Origin: Rickettsiales bacterium | GTDB lineage: Bacteria > Pseudomonadota > Alphaproteobacteria > Methylaequorales > Methylaequoraceae | Length of the DNA: 64,000 bases | Reading direction: 5' to 3' | Assembly: GCA_002689325.1 (NCBI GenBank) | Contig: NZFP01000003.1 | Coordinates: forward strand, 13,217-77,216 | Shown here: in pieces, positions 7,345 through 15,012 of the stretch | Layout: the number at the start of each line of letters is the position of its first letter | Numbering within the stretch: position 1 is the stretch's first letter | The notes under the pieces: generated by a model | Database searches by the model: none | What the model saw: the letters and a program-made list of their open reading frames with translations, nothing else | What the model was told of the DNA's origin: nothing | Position numbers and translations under genes: made by a program

Positions 7345-8067
7345 TTAACACGATTTTTTTGACGAATCTAGGTATAAAGACTTATTATCTAAAAATTTTA
7401 AAAAACCAGAAAATAACTGTTTAGATCCTCCTTCAAACCTTAATTCATGCTTTAGTCTACTTGCAAATTCAACACCTACATCTAATCCAAACATAAGAGA
7501 TGCTAAAATGTCAGCATCTAAGATTATTTTTTGGACATGGTCATCAACTTTTTCTGGTTTGATTGGGAAATATGTACTTCTAAATATTTTTTTTATTCTT
7601 TGGTTTTTTTTAAAATTAGGTTTTGCTCTAAATAAATTTCTACTCAATTCACTAAAACTTTTTTCCTCTTGATAAAATGATTGATTTTGAATTCTTCTAC
7701 CCAAATGACCTAAATCATGCGTTAGTGCAATTATTATTAGTAGAAATTTATCTTCATTATTTTTTAAATTTGACAGTTTAGCTAGGAGACATGCAATAAT
7801 AATTACAGACTTAAAGTGATGTGAGTCATGATAAGTGTTGTAAGTTACATTTTTTGAACATAAAGCTGATAGTTTTTTTAAAATTGGTTTCATCTTATCA
7901 ATCTTGTGGACGTTCAAATCATTTAAGCAATTTAAACATAAGTTATATAAATCGGGAAGTTTGTGATTAGATAGGATAAATTTTTTAAGAACATCTTTAG
8001 TTCTCGGCCAATTATTAGCAATGTAAGATATTGAAGGAAAGTTTTTTTCAAAAGTGTAATTTCTCAT
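7345..8067 (-). CDS. HD-domain phosphohydrolase with class I cyclic-nucleotide-phosphodiesterase-like motifs
   Basis: 240 aa. Shows the H...HD...D pattern: YHDSHHFKSV, ALTHDLGHLGRRIQNQSF and LDADILASL. The HDxxHxG...NQ arrangement resembles the PDE class I signature with a 2-residue insertion. Its start codon overlaps the cyclase stop by 4 nt (8064-8067). Confidence 0.6.
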   Translation of the reverse strand: MRNYTFEKNFPSISYIANNWPRTKDVLKKFILSNHKLPDLYNLCLNCLNDLNVHKIDKMKPILKKLSALCSKNVTYNTYHDSHHFKSVIIIACLLAKLSNLKNNEDKFLLIIIALTHDLGHLGRRIQNQSFYQEEKSFSELSRNLFRAKPNFKKNQRIKKIFRSTYFPIKPEKVDDHVQKIILDADILASLMFGLDVGVEFASRLKHELRFEGGSKQLFSGFLKFLDNKSLYLDSSKKSC

Positions 8068-10376
8068 TTACTTTTCATGACCCAAACTCCATCCCAATTT
8101 TTTGGTTTTTCAGAAATGAGCTGGTTACATCTATCAATATAAGTTTCAGATAATTTATCTTCAGAGTTAATTTTTAGACATTCCTTAAATGAAGTAATTG
8201 CTTGATTAAAATCTCCAGAAATATATTTTTTTCTTCCTTCATTAAAATGATTCACTACATCCATAAGGTTAGGAAAGGTTTTTTCACTGTGATAATCCAA
8301 GACTTCATGAACTCCAACAGGTTCAGTTTTGCCCTTAACAACAACATCATCAATGTACCTTATCCTGTATGTGCCTTTCAGTTTTTTGAAGGTAAAATCA
8401 CTAATTAGAATTCTTGCGTTGTACTGCTTACATGCACTTTCAAGCCTAGCGGCAAGATTAACGCCATCACCAATCATCGTATAATCCATTCTTTTTTGCG
8501 ACCCAATGTTTCCTGCTACAATTTTATCAGTATTAAGCCCTAAGCCCATATCCAGGGGAGGTTTCCCATCTTTTTCTCTTTGGTCATTCCAGTCCCAAAG
8601 TCTTTTAATCATATTGATACCGGCTTTAACACCTCTATCCTCATCATCTTCATGAGAAATAGGCAATCCAAAAGCTGCCATAATTGCATCTCCAATAAAT
8701 TTATCAAGCATACCTCCTTGTTCAGAAATACACTCAACCATAATTTCAAAATATTCATTTAAAAGTTTTACTGTTCCTTGAGCACCCAAAGATTCTGTAA
8801 TATTTGTAAAACTTCTCAGGTCAGAAAATAAAAGTGTTGCAGTAGTGTCAAGCCCACCCATTATATCAGCACCATCTTCAAGTAATTGGTCTGCAATTCC
8901 AGGGTCCATATATCTTGACATTGTAGATTTCATTCTTTTTTCTGAAGAAATATCTTCAATCATTAATAGAATACCAAGAAAACTTTCTTTTTCGTCAGTT
9001 CTACCATCACTGTCTTCGTTAATTAAAGGTAATATTGTGAGGTTAACTGAAATAATTTCATTTTTTTCTGTTTCGTGATTAAAAACTTCTATTTCAGCAT
9101 CCATTATTAGTTCTGGTTCCTTAGAATCTCTTACTAAATTAATTTTTTCTTCAATCCATTGATTCTGCTCTATAAAGAATTTATTTGAATCTAAGCCTAT
9201 TAAGTTTTTTTCATTTACTTTAAAAATTTTAAGACCTGATTTATTACAAGTTACAATTTTTCCATCACCATCAATTGTAATTACCCCATTAGACATACTT
9301 GAAAGCATACTTTCATTATATTTTCTGGATTTCGAAACATCATCAAAAAGCTTTGCGTTCTCTAATGCAATTGCAACTTGCTGTGTAAAAGCTTTGAGTC
9401 TTGATTCATCTTCTTCAGTAAACTTCCCCCCTTTTTTGTTTAATACCTGAGTGCAGCCAATAACTTTACCATTTTTATTTGTTACGGGAACACATAAAAT
9501 TGATCTCGTAAAATACCCAGTTTGTTTGTCAAAGGCAGGATTAAACCTTAAATCAGCATAGGCATAAGGAATATTCATAGTTTTACCAGAAGTGAAAACA
9601 CTACCAGCAATACCCGCTGTGTTAGGTAATCTTATTTCCCCCATTCCTTCTCCCATTGCAACTCTAGAAAAAAGTTCATTTGTTTTTTCATCATTTAAAA
9701 ATAATGTAGCTCTATCTGCATTTAGCATTCTCGTTGCTTCTTCCATTACCCTTTTTAGAAGAGCACTTAAATCAATTTCAGCAGTCACATCTGAAACAAT
9801 ACTTATAAATTCCATTTCTTGAGCACGTTTTTTTTCGAAAAATTCGTTGTTTTGAGCATTTTGTATTGAAACTGCTGCTTGAGTAGCTACTGAATTAACA
9901 AATTCTAAGTTGTCCTTTGTAAACCTTCCTTTATTTTTATTTAATACTTGAATTACCCCAATAATTTTTCCATTAACAGTCCTGACTGGTGAACAAATCA
10001 TATTTTTTGTTTTATAACCTGTTTCCTGATCAACATCTTTGTTAAACCTTTCATCTAAATAAACATCATGAATAATCTCCCCAACTTGAGATTGAAAAAT
10101 ACCTCCTGCAATTCCAACTGTATTTAAAATTCTTATTTCTCTTGTCAAATCCCCTTGAGCAACTCTTGAATATAATTCATTAGTTTCTTCATCATTTAAA
10201 AATAATGTCCCTCTATCAGCATCAACATTTTTTGTAACAAACTCAACTATTGTCCACAGAATTTCTGAGAGGTTTTTAATAGAGGCAATTTTTCTTGAAA
10301 TATCTAGCAGTAATTTGGATCTACTTATCTCCGCCTTAAGAGTTTTAATATCTTCAGGTTTTTTATTTTTTTTCAT
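8064..10376 (-). CDS. GAF-GAF-PAS class III adenylate/guanylate cyclase with TPR-like tail (CyaB1/CyaB2-like architecture)
   Basis: Catalytic domain is about 8290-8850: LLFSDLRSFT, DKFIGDAIMAAFGLP, VAGNIGSQKRMDYTMIGDGVNLAARLES. Both metal-binding Asp residues and the Asn/Arg are present. The substrate positions are Lys (DKFIGD) and Thr (YTMIG), as in class IIIb adenylate cyclases. GAF-B carries an intact NK-x4-F-x3-DE motif (NKKGGKFTEEDE, about 9405-9440). GAF-A has NKNKGRFTKDNL. Confidence 0.9.
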   Translation of the reverse strand: MKKNKKPEDIKTLKAEISRSKLLLDISRKIASIKNLSEILWTIVEFVTKNVDADRGTLFLNDEETNELYSRVAQGDLTREIRILNTVGIAGGIFQSQVGEIIHDVYLDERFNKDVDQETGYKTKNMICSPVRTVNGKIIGVIQVLNKNKGRFTKDNLEFVNSVATQAAVSIQNAQNNEFFEKKRAQEMEFISIVSDVTAEIDLSALLKRVMEEATRMLNADRATLFLNDEKTNELFSRVAMGEGMGEIRLPNTAGIAGSVFTSGKTMNIPYAYADLRFNPAFDKQTGYFTRSILCVPVTNKNGKVIGCTQVLNKKGGKFTEEDESRLKAFTQQVAIALENAKLFDDVSKSRKYNESMLSSMSNGVITIDGDGKIVTCNKSGLKIFKVNEKNLIGLDSNKFFIEQNQWIEEKINLVRDSKEPELIMDAEIEVFNHETEKNEIISVNLTILPLINEDSDGRTDEKESFLGILLMIEDISSEKRMKSTMSRYMDPGIADQLLEDGADIMGGLDTTATLLFSDLRSFTNITESLGAQGTVKLLNEYFEIMVECISEQGGMLDKFIGDAIMAAFGLPISHEDDEDRGVKAGINMIKRLWDWNDQREKDGKPPLDMGLGLNTDKIVAGNIGSQKRMDYTMIGDGVNLAARLESACKQYNARILISDFTFKKLKGTYRIRYIDDVVVKGKTEPVGVHEVLDYHSEKTFPNLMDVVNHFNEGRKKYISGDFNQAITSFKECLKINSEDKLSETYIDRCNQLISEKPKNWDGVWVMKSK

Positions 10377-10379
10377 ATA

Positions 10380-11000
10380 TCAATCTTTCTTTAGTTTATT
10401 TTCATAGTTTTGTATTATTTTTTCTATCTCTTCTCTTAATTTTTGACTTGATGATTTAAGTTGTTGAATTTCATTATTTGAGTTAAGTACTGCATTTTGA
10501 ACAGCTTCCTTTTTTTCAAACTTCAAACTTTCAAGTTCGTTTCTTAAATCTGATATAGATAATTTTAATTCTTTTATTTCTTGACTAGATTCCAAAATAG
10601 CTTTTTGGACTGACTCTTGCTTATTAAATTTTAGGTTTTCAAGCTCATCTCTCAATGCTGTACAGGATTTTTTTAATTGATTAATTTCATCTGTAGAGGC
10701 TTGAATTTCTCTTTGAACAGCTTCTTTTTTTTCAAACTTAAGTTTATCTAATTGGCTTCTTTGTTCAGTTATTGTTAGTTGAAGTTGTTTGATTTCATCT
10801 GCTGTTTGAAGTATTGCATCTTGAATTTCTTTGTTTTTTAGAAATTGTTGATTTTCTAATTGATCTCTCAACGAACTTATTGTTGAGTGTAAATTAACTA
10901 ATTCATCGTTATTTTCAAGCCTAATTTTTTGTACAAAGTCATTAAATTCAGCAAGAAAAGCCGGCTTATCTTTTTTTAGTTTGTCTATTAAATTCGCCAT
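10380..11000 (-). CDS. Coiled-coil protein built from 36-aa repeats, function unknown
   Basis: 206 aa. Its stop is 3 nt before the cyclase start. The repeat consensus is L.(L/S).I..LR.ELE.LKF.K.E.VQ.A.L.S..EI.Q, with invariant Phe at residues 53, 89, 125 and 161. Confidence 0.75.
   Translation of the reverse strand: MANLIDKLKKDKPAFLAEFNDFVQKIRLENNDELVNLHSTISSLRDQLENQQFLKNKEIQDAILQTADEIKQLQLTITEQRSQLDKLKFEKKEAVQREIQASTDEINQLKKSCTALRDELENLKFNKQESVQKAILESSQEIKELKLSISDLRNELESLKFEKKEAVQNAVLNSNNEIQQLKSSSQKLREEIEKIIQNYENKLKKD
10416..10892 (-). repeat. 108-bp (36-aa) tandem coding repeat, 4 full copies plus a partial fifth
   Basis: Repeat units start at residues 37, 73, 109, 145 and 181 when counted on the given translation. 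Confidence 0.8.
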
Positions 11001-11028
11001 AACAAAAACTATAAATACATTTTAATAA

Positions 11029-11502
11029 TTAAAAATGATCTAAACAATGATAATATCTAATATTTTTCACTTTGGTTTTGTTAACTACTCTCCAGGAAAT
11101 TTTTCCCCCTACCTTAATGTCTAATTTTTTTACACATCCGTCAGGAATTTCAAGAACACCAATCACATGAGTGACTGAGGAAATTATTTTTTTGGAAAAT
11201 GGCTCCCCTTTCTTAATAAGGACAACTTTATTTTGATCATTTATAAAGATTATATCCAATGGAATTTGTGTATTGTGCATCCAAATTTTTACAATTTTAG
11301 GTTTTTTGTAAAGTAAAAGTAGTCCATTAGTTTTAGATAGTTTATTAACAAACATTAAACCTTTTTGTTTTTCTTCTTCAGTTTTTGCTAATTTAACAAG
11401 TAGGTTGGAGAATGTTTCTGAAAATACTATTGCTTCTTTGGAAATTGAATTTGAAGGCAAAATTATAAGAAACAGAAAAAAACTATAAAGTAAAAACCTC
11501 AC
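11029..11502 (-). CDS. DUF192 (COG1430) family exported protein
   Basis: Signal peptide MRFLLYSFFLFLIILPSNS. Also has QKGLMF...IWMHNTQIPLDIIFINDQNKVV, typical of DUF192. Confidence 0.7.
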   Translation of the reverse strand: MRFLLYSFFLFLIILPSNSISKEAIVFSETFSNLLVKLAKTEEEKQKGLMFVNKLSKTNGLLLLYKKPKIVKIWMHNTQIPLDIIFINDQNKVVLIKKGEPFSKKIISSVTHVIGVLEIPDGCVKKLDIKVGGKISWRVVNKTKVKNIRYYHCLDHF

Positions 11503-11728
11503 CTTTTTTAATTCTTTCTAATGTGACTTTTGCTTCGTCACTTAATTCAGTCTCTTCTTCTTTGGTGTTTTCAATAGATTCCAATGATAAATCATATTTT
11601 TCTCTTAATTGCCTAAAAACTTTTATTTCGTATGAATTTAAACCTTTTTCAAAATTTGATTTTGTTTTTTCTTTAATTAATTTTAACTTTTCTAAACGTT
11701 TAATACTTTTTGTAAGTCTATCTTTCAT
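11483..11728 (-). CDS. Hypothetical small charged protein (81 aa)
   Basis: ORF only. It overlaps the DUF192 start by 20 nt. I recognised no motif. Confidence 0.35.
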   Translation of the reverse strand: MKDRLTKSIKRLEKLKLIKEKTKSNFEKGLNSYEIKVFRQLREKYDLSLESIENTKEEETELSDEAKVTLERIKKGEVFTL

Positions 11729-11781
11729 TTATTTTTAACATTTATGTTTAATCTAATTATTTAGATTCTATAATATCGTTT

Positions 11782-11928
11782 ATGGATGAAAATGAAAATT
11801 ACTTATTAAAAATCAAAGATGAAATGGAAAGTGTCAGAGAATTATATATTAAAGGGTATATTGATAAAAAAATTTATCAAAAAGAAACAAGATCATTATT
11901 TGAAATAGCTGTAAAATATGGAGCATAA
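11782..11928 (+). CDS. Small SHOCT-like ORF (48 aa), below the ORF-track length cutoff
   Basis: Hand translation: MDENENYLLKIKDEMESVRELYIKGYIDKKIYQKETRSLFEIAVKYGA. The segment EMESVRELYIKGYIDKKIYQKET parallels EMAAVRELYVGGYISKGIYISET at the C-terminus of ORF 12150..12524. Confidence 0.35.
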   Translation: MDENENYLLKIKDEMESVRELYIKGYIDKKIYQKETRSLFEIAVKYGA

Positions 11929-12148
11929 AAAAAAAATTACTGATTTAAAAAAATCAATTGAAAAATTTAATGACTTTTCGACAAAAGAAAAGTCGTCACT
12001 TGTTGATTCCATTGAAATGTTATGGCTAAATGCAGGTATTCAAAAGAAAAAAAAGGACATAAAAATTGATGGAAATAATTCAAATGATCACATAAAAAGA
12101 ATCAGACAACTTTTATCAGCAGCATGGTCTGAAGACTTAAAAGATTAA
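11918..12148 (+). CDS. Hypothetical protein (76 aa)
   Basis: ORF only, no recognised motif. Confidence 0.3.
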   Translation: MEHKKKITDLKKSIEKFNDFSTKEKSSLVDSIEMLWLNAGIQKKKKDIKIDGNNSNDHIKRIRQLLSAAWSEDLKD

Positions 12149-12149
12149 A

Positions 12150-12524
12150 CTATAAACCAAAGATTTTTGCTTTTTCATAAAGCCTATCAGTTTCAGATAT
12201 ATATATTCCTTTACTTATATATCCTCCAACGTAAAGCTCTCTAACTGCAGCCATTTCCTCTTCAATAGCAGCTAAGACATCTATAAAATCGTTATCGTCA
12301 TTTATTTTTAGGTTATCTGAATCAATTATTTCATTTAATGACGGCTGCTTTCTTTCTAGTTTACTATTAGATTTTTTAAAAAATAATTTTAAAAGTAGAC
12401 TAAAAAATAAATAAATTAATAAAGTTAGAAAAACAAAAAATAATATTAGATATCCGGTATTGTCTAAATATACAACCAAAGACTCTAATTCAATTTTTTC
12501 CAAAGCTTTTTTAATAAAATCCAT
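12150..12524 (-). CDS. Single-pass membrane protein with SHOCT-like C-terminal motif
   Basis: Hydrophobic segment GYLILFFVFLTLLIYLFFSLLLKLFF. C-terminus AIEEEMAAVRELYVGGYISKGIYISETDRLYEKAKIFGL. Confidence 0.5.
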   Translation of the reverse strand: MDFIKKALEKIELESLVVYLDNTGYLILFFVFLTLLIYLFFSLLLKLFFKKSNSKLERKQPSLNEIIDSDNLKINDDNDFIDVLAAIEEEMAAVRELYVGGYISKGIYISETDRLYEKAKIFGL

Positions 12525-12579
12525 TTCAAAATCTACATATAGTGTTTGATTTTAATTTATAACACTTTATATTGTATTT

Positions 12580-12978
12580 ATGAGTTTATTTAAATTATAT
12601 AATAAATCAAAGAAAAGTATAAACAAATCCTCGATAAATTCAAAGTACGCAATTTCTTTTAAAGCTTACGAGTTGCTAAAAAAATTCATTGTTAGGAATG
12701 TTGTACAAGCTAGAATGTTAGATAATGCTTATCCAAAGAATACAAAATTAAATGTTCTGAAAAATGTTTCCCAAAGATCTATGCAAACTTTTTACAAATT
12801 ATCTGACAAATATCAAACTAATAAATCTGGTGTTCTTTCTCAATTTATTAGTTTTGAAGGCAAACGTCAAAAAAGGAAACTTTCACGAAAAGCAAAAGAC
12901 CTCCTTTTTAAGATCAAGAATGATCTACCCAGATATGAAAGTATTGACTACCTTATTAAAAATTTAAAAACAAAATAG
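12580..12978 (+). CDS. Hypothetical basic protein (132 aa)
   Basis: ORF only, Lys/Asn-rich, no recognised motif. Confidence 0.35.
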   Translation: MSLFKLYNKSKKSINKSSINSKYAISFKAYELLKKFIVRNVVQARMLDNAYPKNTKLNVLKNVSQRSMQTFYKLSDKYQTNKSGVLSQFISFEGKRQKRKLSRKAKDLLFKIKNDLPRYESIDYLIKNLKTK

Positions 12979-12982
12979 TAGT

Positions 12983-13198
12983 CTATTTCTTCCTATAAAT
13001 ACCTTTTTTGACTTTTTCTGCTACACTTATTAAAAATTTCGCTATTTTTTCATCAGTATTTTGTAGCGATAACTCCCTTATTACTTCATCAATAAAAGCA
13101 CCAATTGCTATATACGGATTAATTTTTTTTTTTCTGCATTCAGCTCTTGCTTTCAATACGATTGCTGAAGCTATTTTCTTTTGTTCATCTTCACTCAT
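12983..13198 (-). CDS. Hypothetical 71-aa protein, coupled to the 3' end of umuC
   Basis: Its start overlaps the umuC stop by 4 nt (13195-13198). No recognised motif. Confidence 0.4.
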   Translation of the reverse strand: MSEDEQKKIASAIVLKARAECRKKKINPYIAIGAFIDEVIRELSLQNTDEKIAKFLISVAEKVKKGIYRKK

Positions 13199-14505
13199 AC
13201 TTTTATCTTTGGTATATCACACCAATTAGTAGTATAGCAAGGTGATCTATATTCTGATTTCATTGACCATTTTTCATTTTTTTTTGAATAGAAAGAACCG
13301 TTTTCATCTGAAGATAATCTTAATTTACTATCCCCAAATTTCTTATTAACACTGTCCATTATTTTCATTAATTTTATACTATCACTTTTTTTTTTGTAGT
13401 AGCCCTGATTTCTATCATGAAATAAACTTTTCTGTATATTATCATAATCACAAAAATCAGAAAGGATTACTCCTACTTTACTGTATAAAAAATCAGATAA
13501 ATAAATTTCCTTAAGTAATTTTTGAGACATATTCCATATTACCCTTACATCATTCGTTCCCTCTAAAAAAGAATAGGTTTTTGTATTGTTATATTTTTTT
13601 TTTTGATACTTCGAGGTCTTTAAAAAAACGGTTATAGATTTACAAAAAAAATTATAATTTCTCATCTTAGACGATGCTTTCTGGACATACACTATAAGCG
13701 CACTTCTTATATCTTCATAAGCGTTAAGTTTTGCACCAAAAGATCTGGAGACACATATTGACTTTTTTTTAGCTAATTCTTTTTCAACCTCATTACAGAC
13801 AATACCTTTTAACTCAAGAATTAAACGTTGCAAAATAACTCCTTTATTTTTTCTTGCAAAACTTTCATTGAACTCTTTCAATTCAAAAGCGTTATTTACA
13901 TCATTATCTATTAAGAACTTAGCTAATTTAGTACCTATCCCCCAAATATCATTCACATTTGTTTGTTGTAAAACATAATCTGTGAATTTTTTAGATCTTA
14001 GTTCAAATATACTATGATCATCTATTTTAAAATAAGGATACTGAGTTTTTTTTTTTATAACTCTATTTGCAATTTTCGCTAACGTTTTAGTTTTAGCTAA
14101 ACCTATACTCACTGGAATACCTGTCCATTTTAATATTTTCTTTGCCAATTTATTGCAATAACTAACCCTGTCATTTTTTAAATCTAGAATGAAGAACGCC
14201 TCATCTATTGAATAAACTTCAACAATTGGTAGACTTTTTTTTAATATATTCATTATTCGATTTGATATATCACCGTAAAAAGAATAGTTAGATGATAAAA
14301 CAGAGATATTATTTTCTATTATAAATTTTTTAAGTTTAAAAAATGGTTCCCCCATTTTAATTCCAATTTTTTTTGCTTCTTCAGATCGAGAGATTACACA
14401 GCCGTCATTATTTGATAGTATAACAATAGGTTTTTCTAAAAGCTTGGGGTTAAATAATCTTTCACATGAAACATAAAAATTATTACAATCTAACAGACCT
14501 ATCAT
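13195..14505 (-). CDS. umuC: Y-family translesion DNA polymerase, UmuC (Pol V catalytic subunit)
   Basis: N-terminus MIGLLDCNNFYVSCERLFNPKLLEKPIVILSNNDGCVISRSEEAKKIGIKMGEPFF and SIDEAF are classic UmuC/ImpB motifs. It lies immediately downstream of umuD. Confidence 0.9.
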   Translation of the reverse strand: MIGLLDCNNFYVSCERLFNPKLLEKPIVILSNNDGCVISRSEEAKKIGIKMGEPFFKLKKFIIENNISVLSSNYSFYGDISNRIMNILKKSLPIVEVYSIDEAFFILDLKNDRVSYCNKLAKKILKWTGIPVSIGLAKTKTLAKIANRVIKKKTQYPYFKIDDHSIFELRSKKFTDYVLQQTNVNDIWGIGTKLAKFLIDNDVNNAFELKEFNESFARKNKGVILQRLILELKGIVCNEVEKELAKKKSICVSRSFGAKLNAYEDIRSALIVYVQKASSKMRNYNFFCKSITVFLKTSKYQKKKYNNTKTYSFLEGTNDVRVIWNMSQKLLKEIYLSDFLYSKVGVILSDFCDYDNIQKSLFHDRNQGYYKKKSDSIKLMKIMDSVNKKFGDSKLRLSSDENGSFYSKKNEKWSMKSEYRSPCYTTNWCDIPKIKV

Positions 14506-14509
14506 TACT

Positions 14510-14914
14510 TTAAGATAAATTATGTATTACGTGTGTAGCAACTCCCCAGATAGTTGTCTCCATTTTAGAGTCTAATATTATTTTAGGATAGTTTTCATTC
14601 TCAGATTTTAAATAACATTTTCCTTGTTTATCCTTTAAAAATTTTTTAATTATCAACTCTCCATTCAGAGAAGCAACAACAATAGACTGATTTTTAGGGG
14701 TCAATGATTTATCTACAACCATTATATCATTATTATAGATACCTACATTAATCATTGAGTCACCAGATACCCTGACAAAAAATGTTGATTCAATATTATT
14801 TACTAAATATTTACCTATATCTAAGTTTTCTTCAATATAGTTCTCAGCAGGTGAAGGGAAACCAGCTGCAGCACCGACTATTATTATTTTTTTATTTTTC
14901 AATTTTTTCCTCAT
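14510..14914 (-). CDS. umuD: UmuD, LexA-like S24 self-cleaving peptidase
   Basis: AAAGFPSPAENY cleavage region, SGDSM catalytic Ser, and ELIIKKF Lys. Confidence 0.9.
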   Translation of the reverse strand: MRKKLKNKKIIIVGAAAGFPSPAENYIEENLDIGKYLVNNIESTFFVRVSGDSMINVGIYNNDIMVVDKSLTPKNQSIVVASLNGELIIKKFLKDKQGKCYLKSENENYPKIILDSKMETTIWGVATHVIHNLS

Positions 14915-14919
14915 GGTAT

Positions 14920-14947
14920 ATTATAAGAACAAAGGTAGAACTTTCAA
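14920..14947 (-). promoter_or_regulatory. Near-consensus sigma-70 type promoter of umuDC (TTGAAA-16 nt-TATAAT), possibly giving a leaderless transcript
   Basis: The minus strand reads TTGAAA (14947-14942), GTTCTACCTTTGTTCT, then TATAAT (14925-14920). Only 5 nt (ATACC) separate the -10 from the ATG at 14914, and there is no Shine-Dalgarno sequence. Confidence 0.5.
14927..14941 (-). promoter_or_regulatory. Alphaproteobacterial SOS box (LexA operator), GAAC-N7-GAAC / GTTC-N7-GTTC
   Basis: The plus strand reads GAACaaaggtaGAAC. It occupies the promoter spacer 13 nt upstream of umuD and has the same architecture as the box upstream of lexA at 46514. Confidence 0.8.
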
Positions 14948-15012
14948 GTTAATTAACTTTTTATGTAAATAATAATTAGAAAACGAGATAAAATTATATA
15001 AATTAGGAACGT

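Noticed and set aside
8202-9822. Plus-strand ORFs of 60-77 aa inside the cyclase gene, and similar antisense ORFs inside clpB, bamA (e.g. 55481..55915, 144 aa), pyrG, eno and trpD
   Set aside because: All are nested antisense to genes with strong family motifs, and none shows a recognisable motif. Such ORFs are expected by chance given the stop-codon-poor antisense frames of AT-rich coding sequence.
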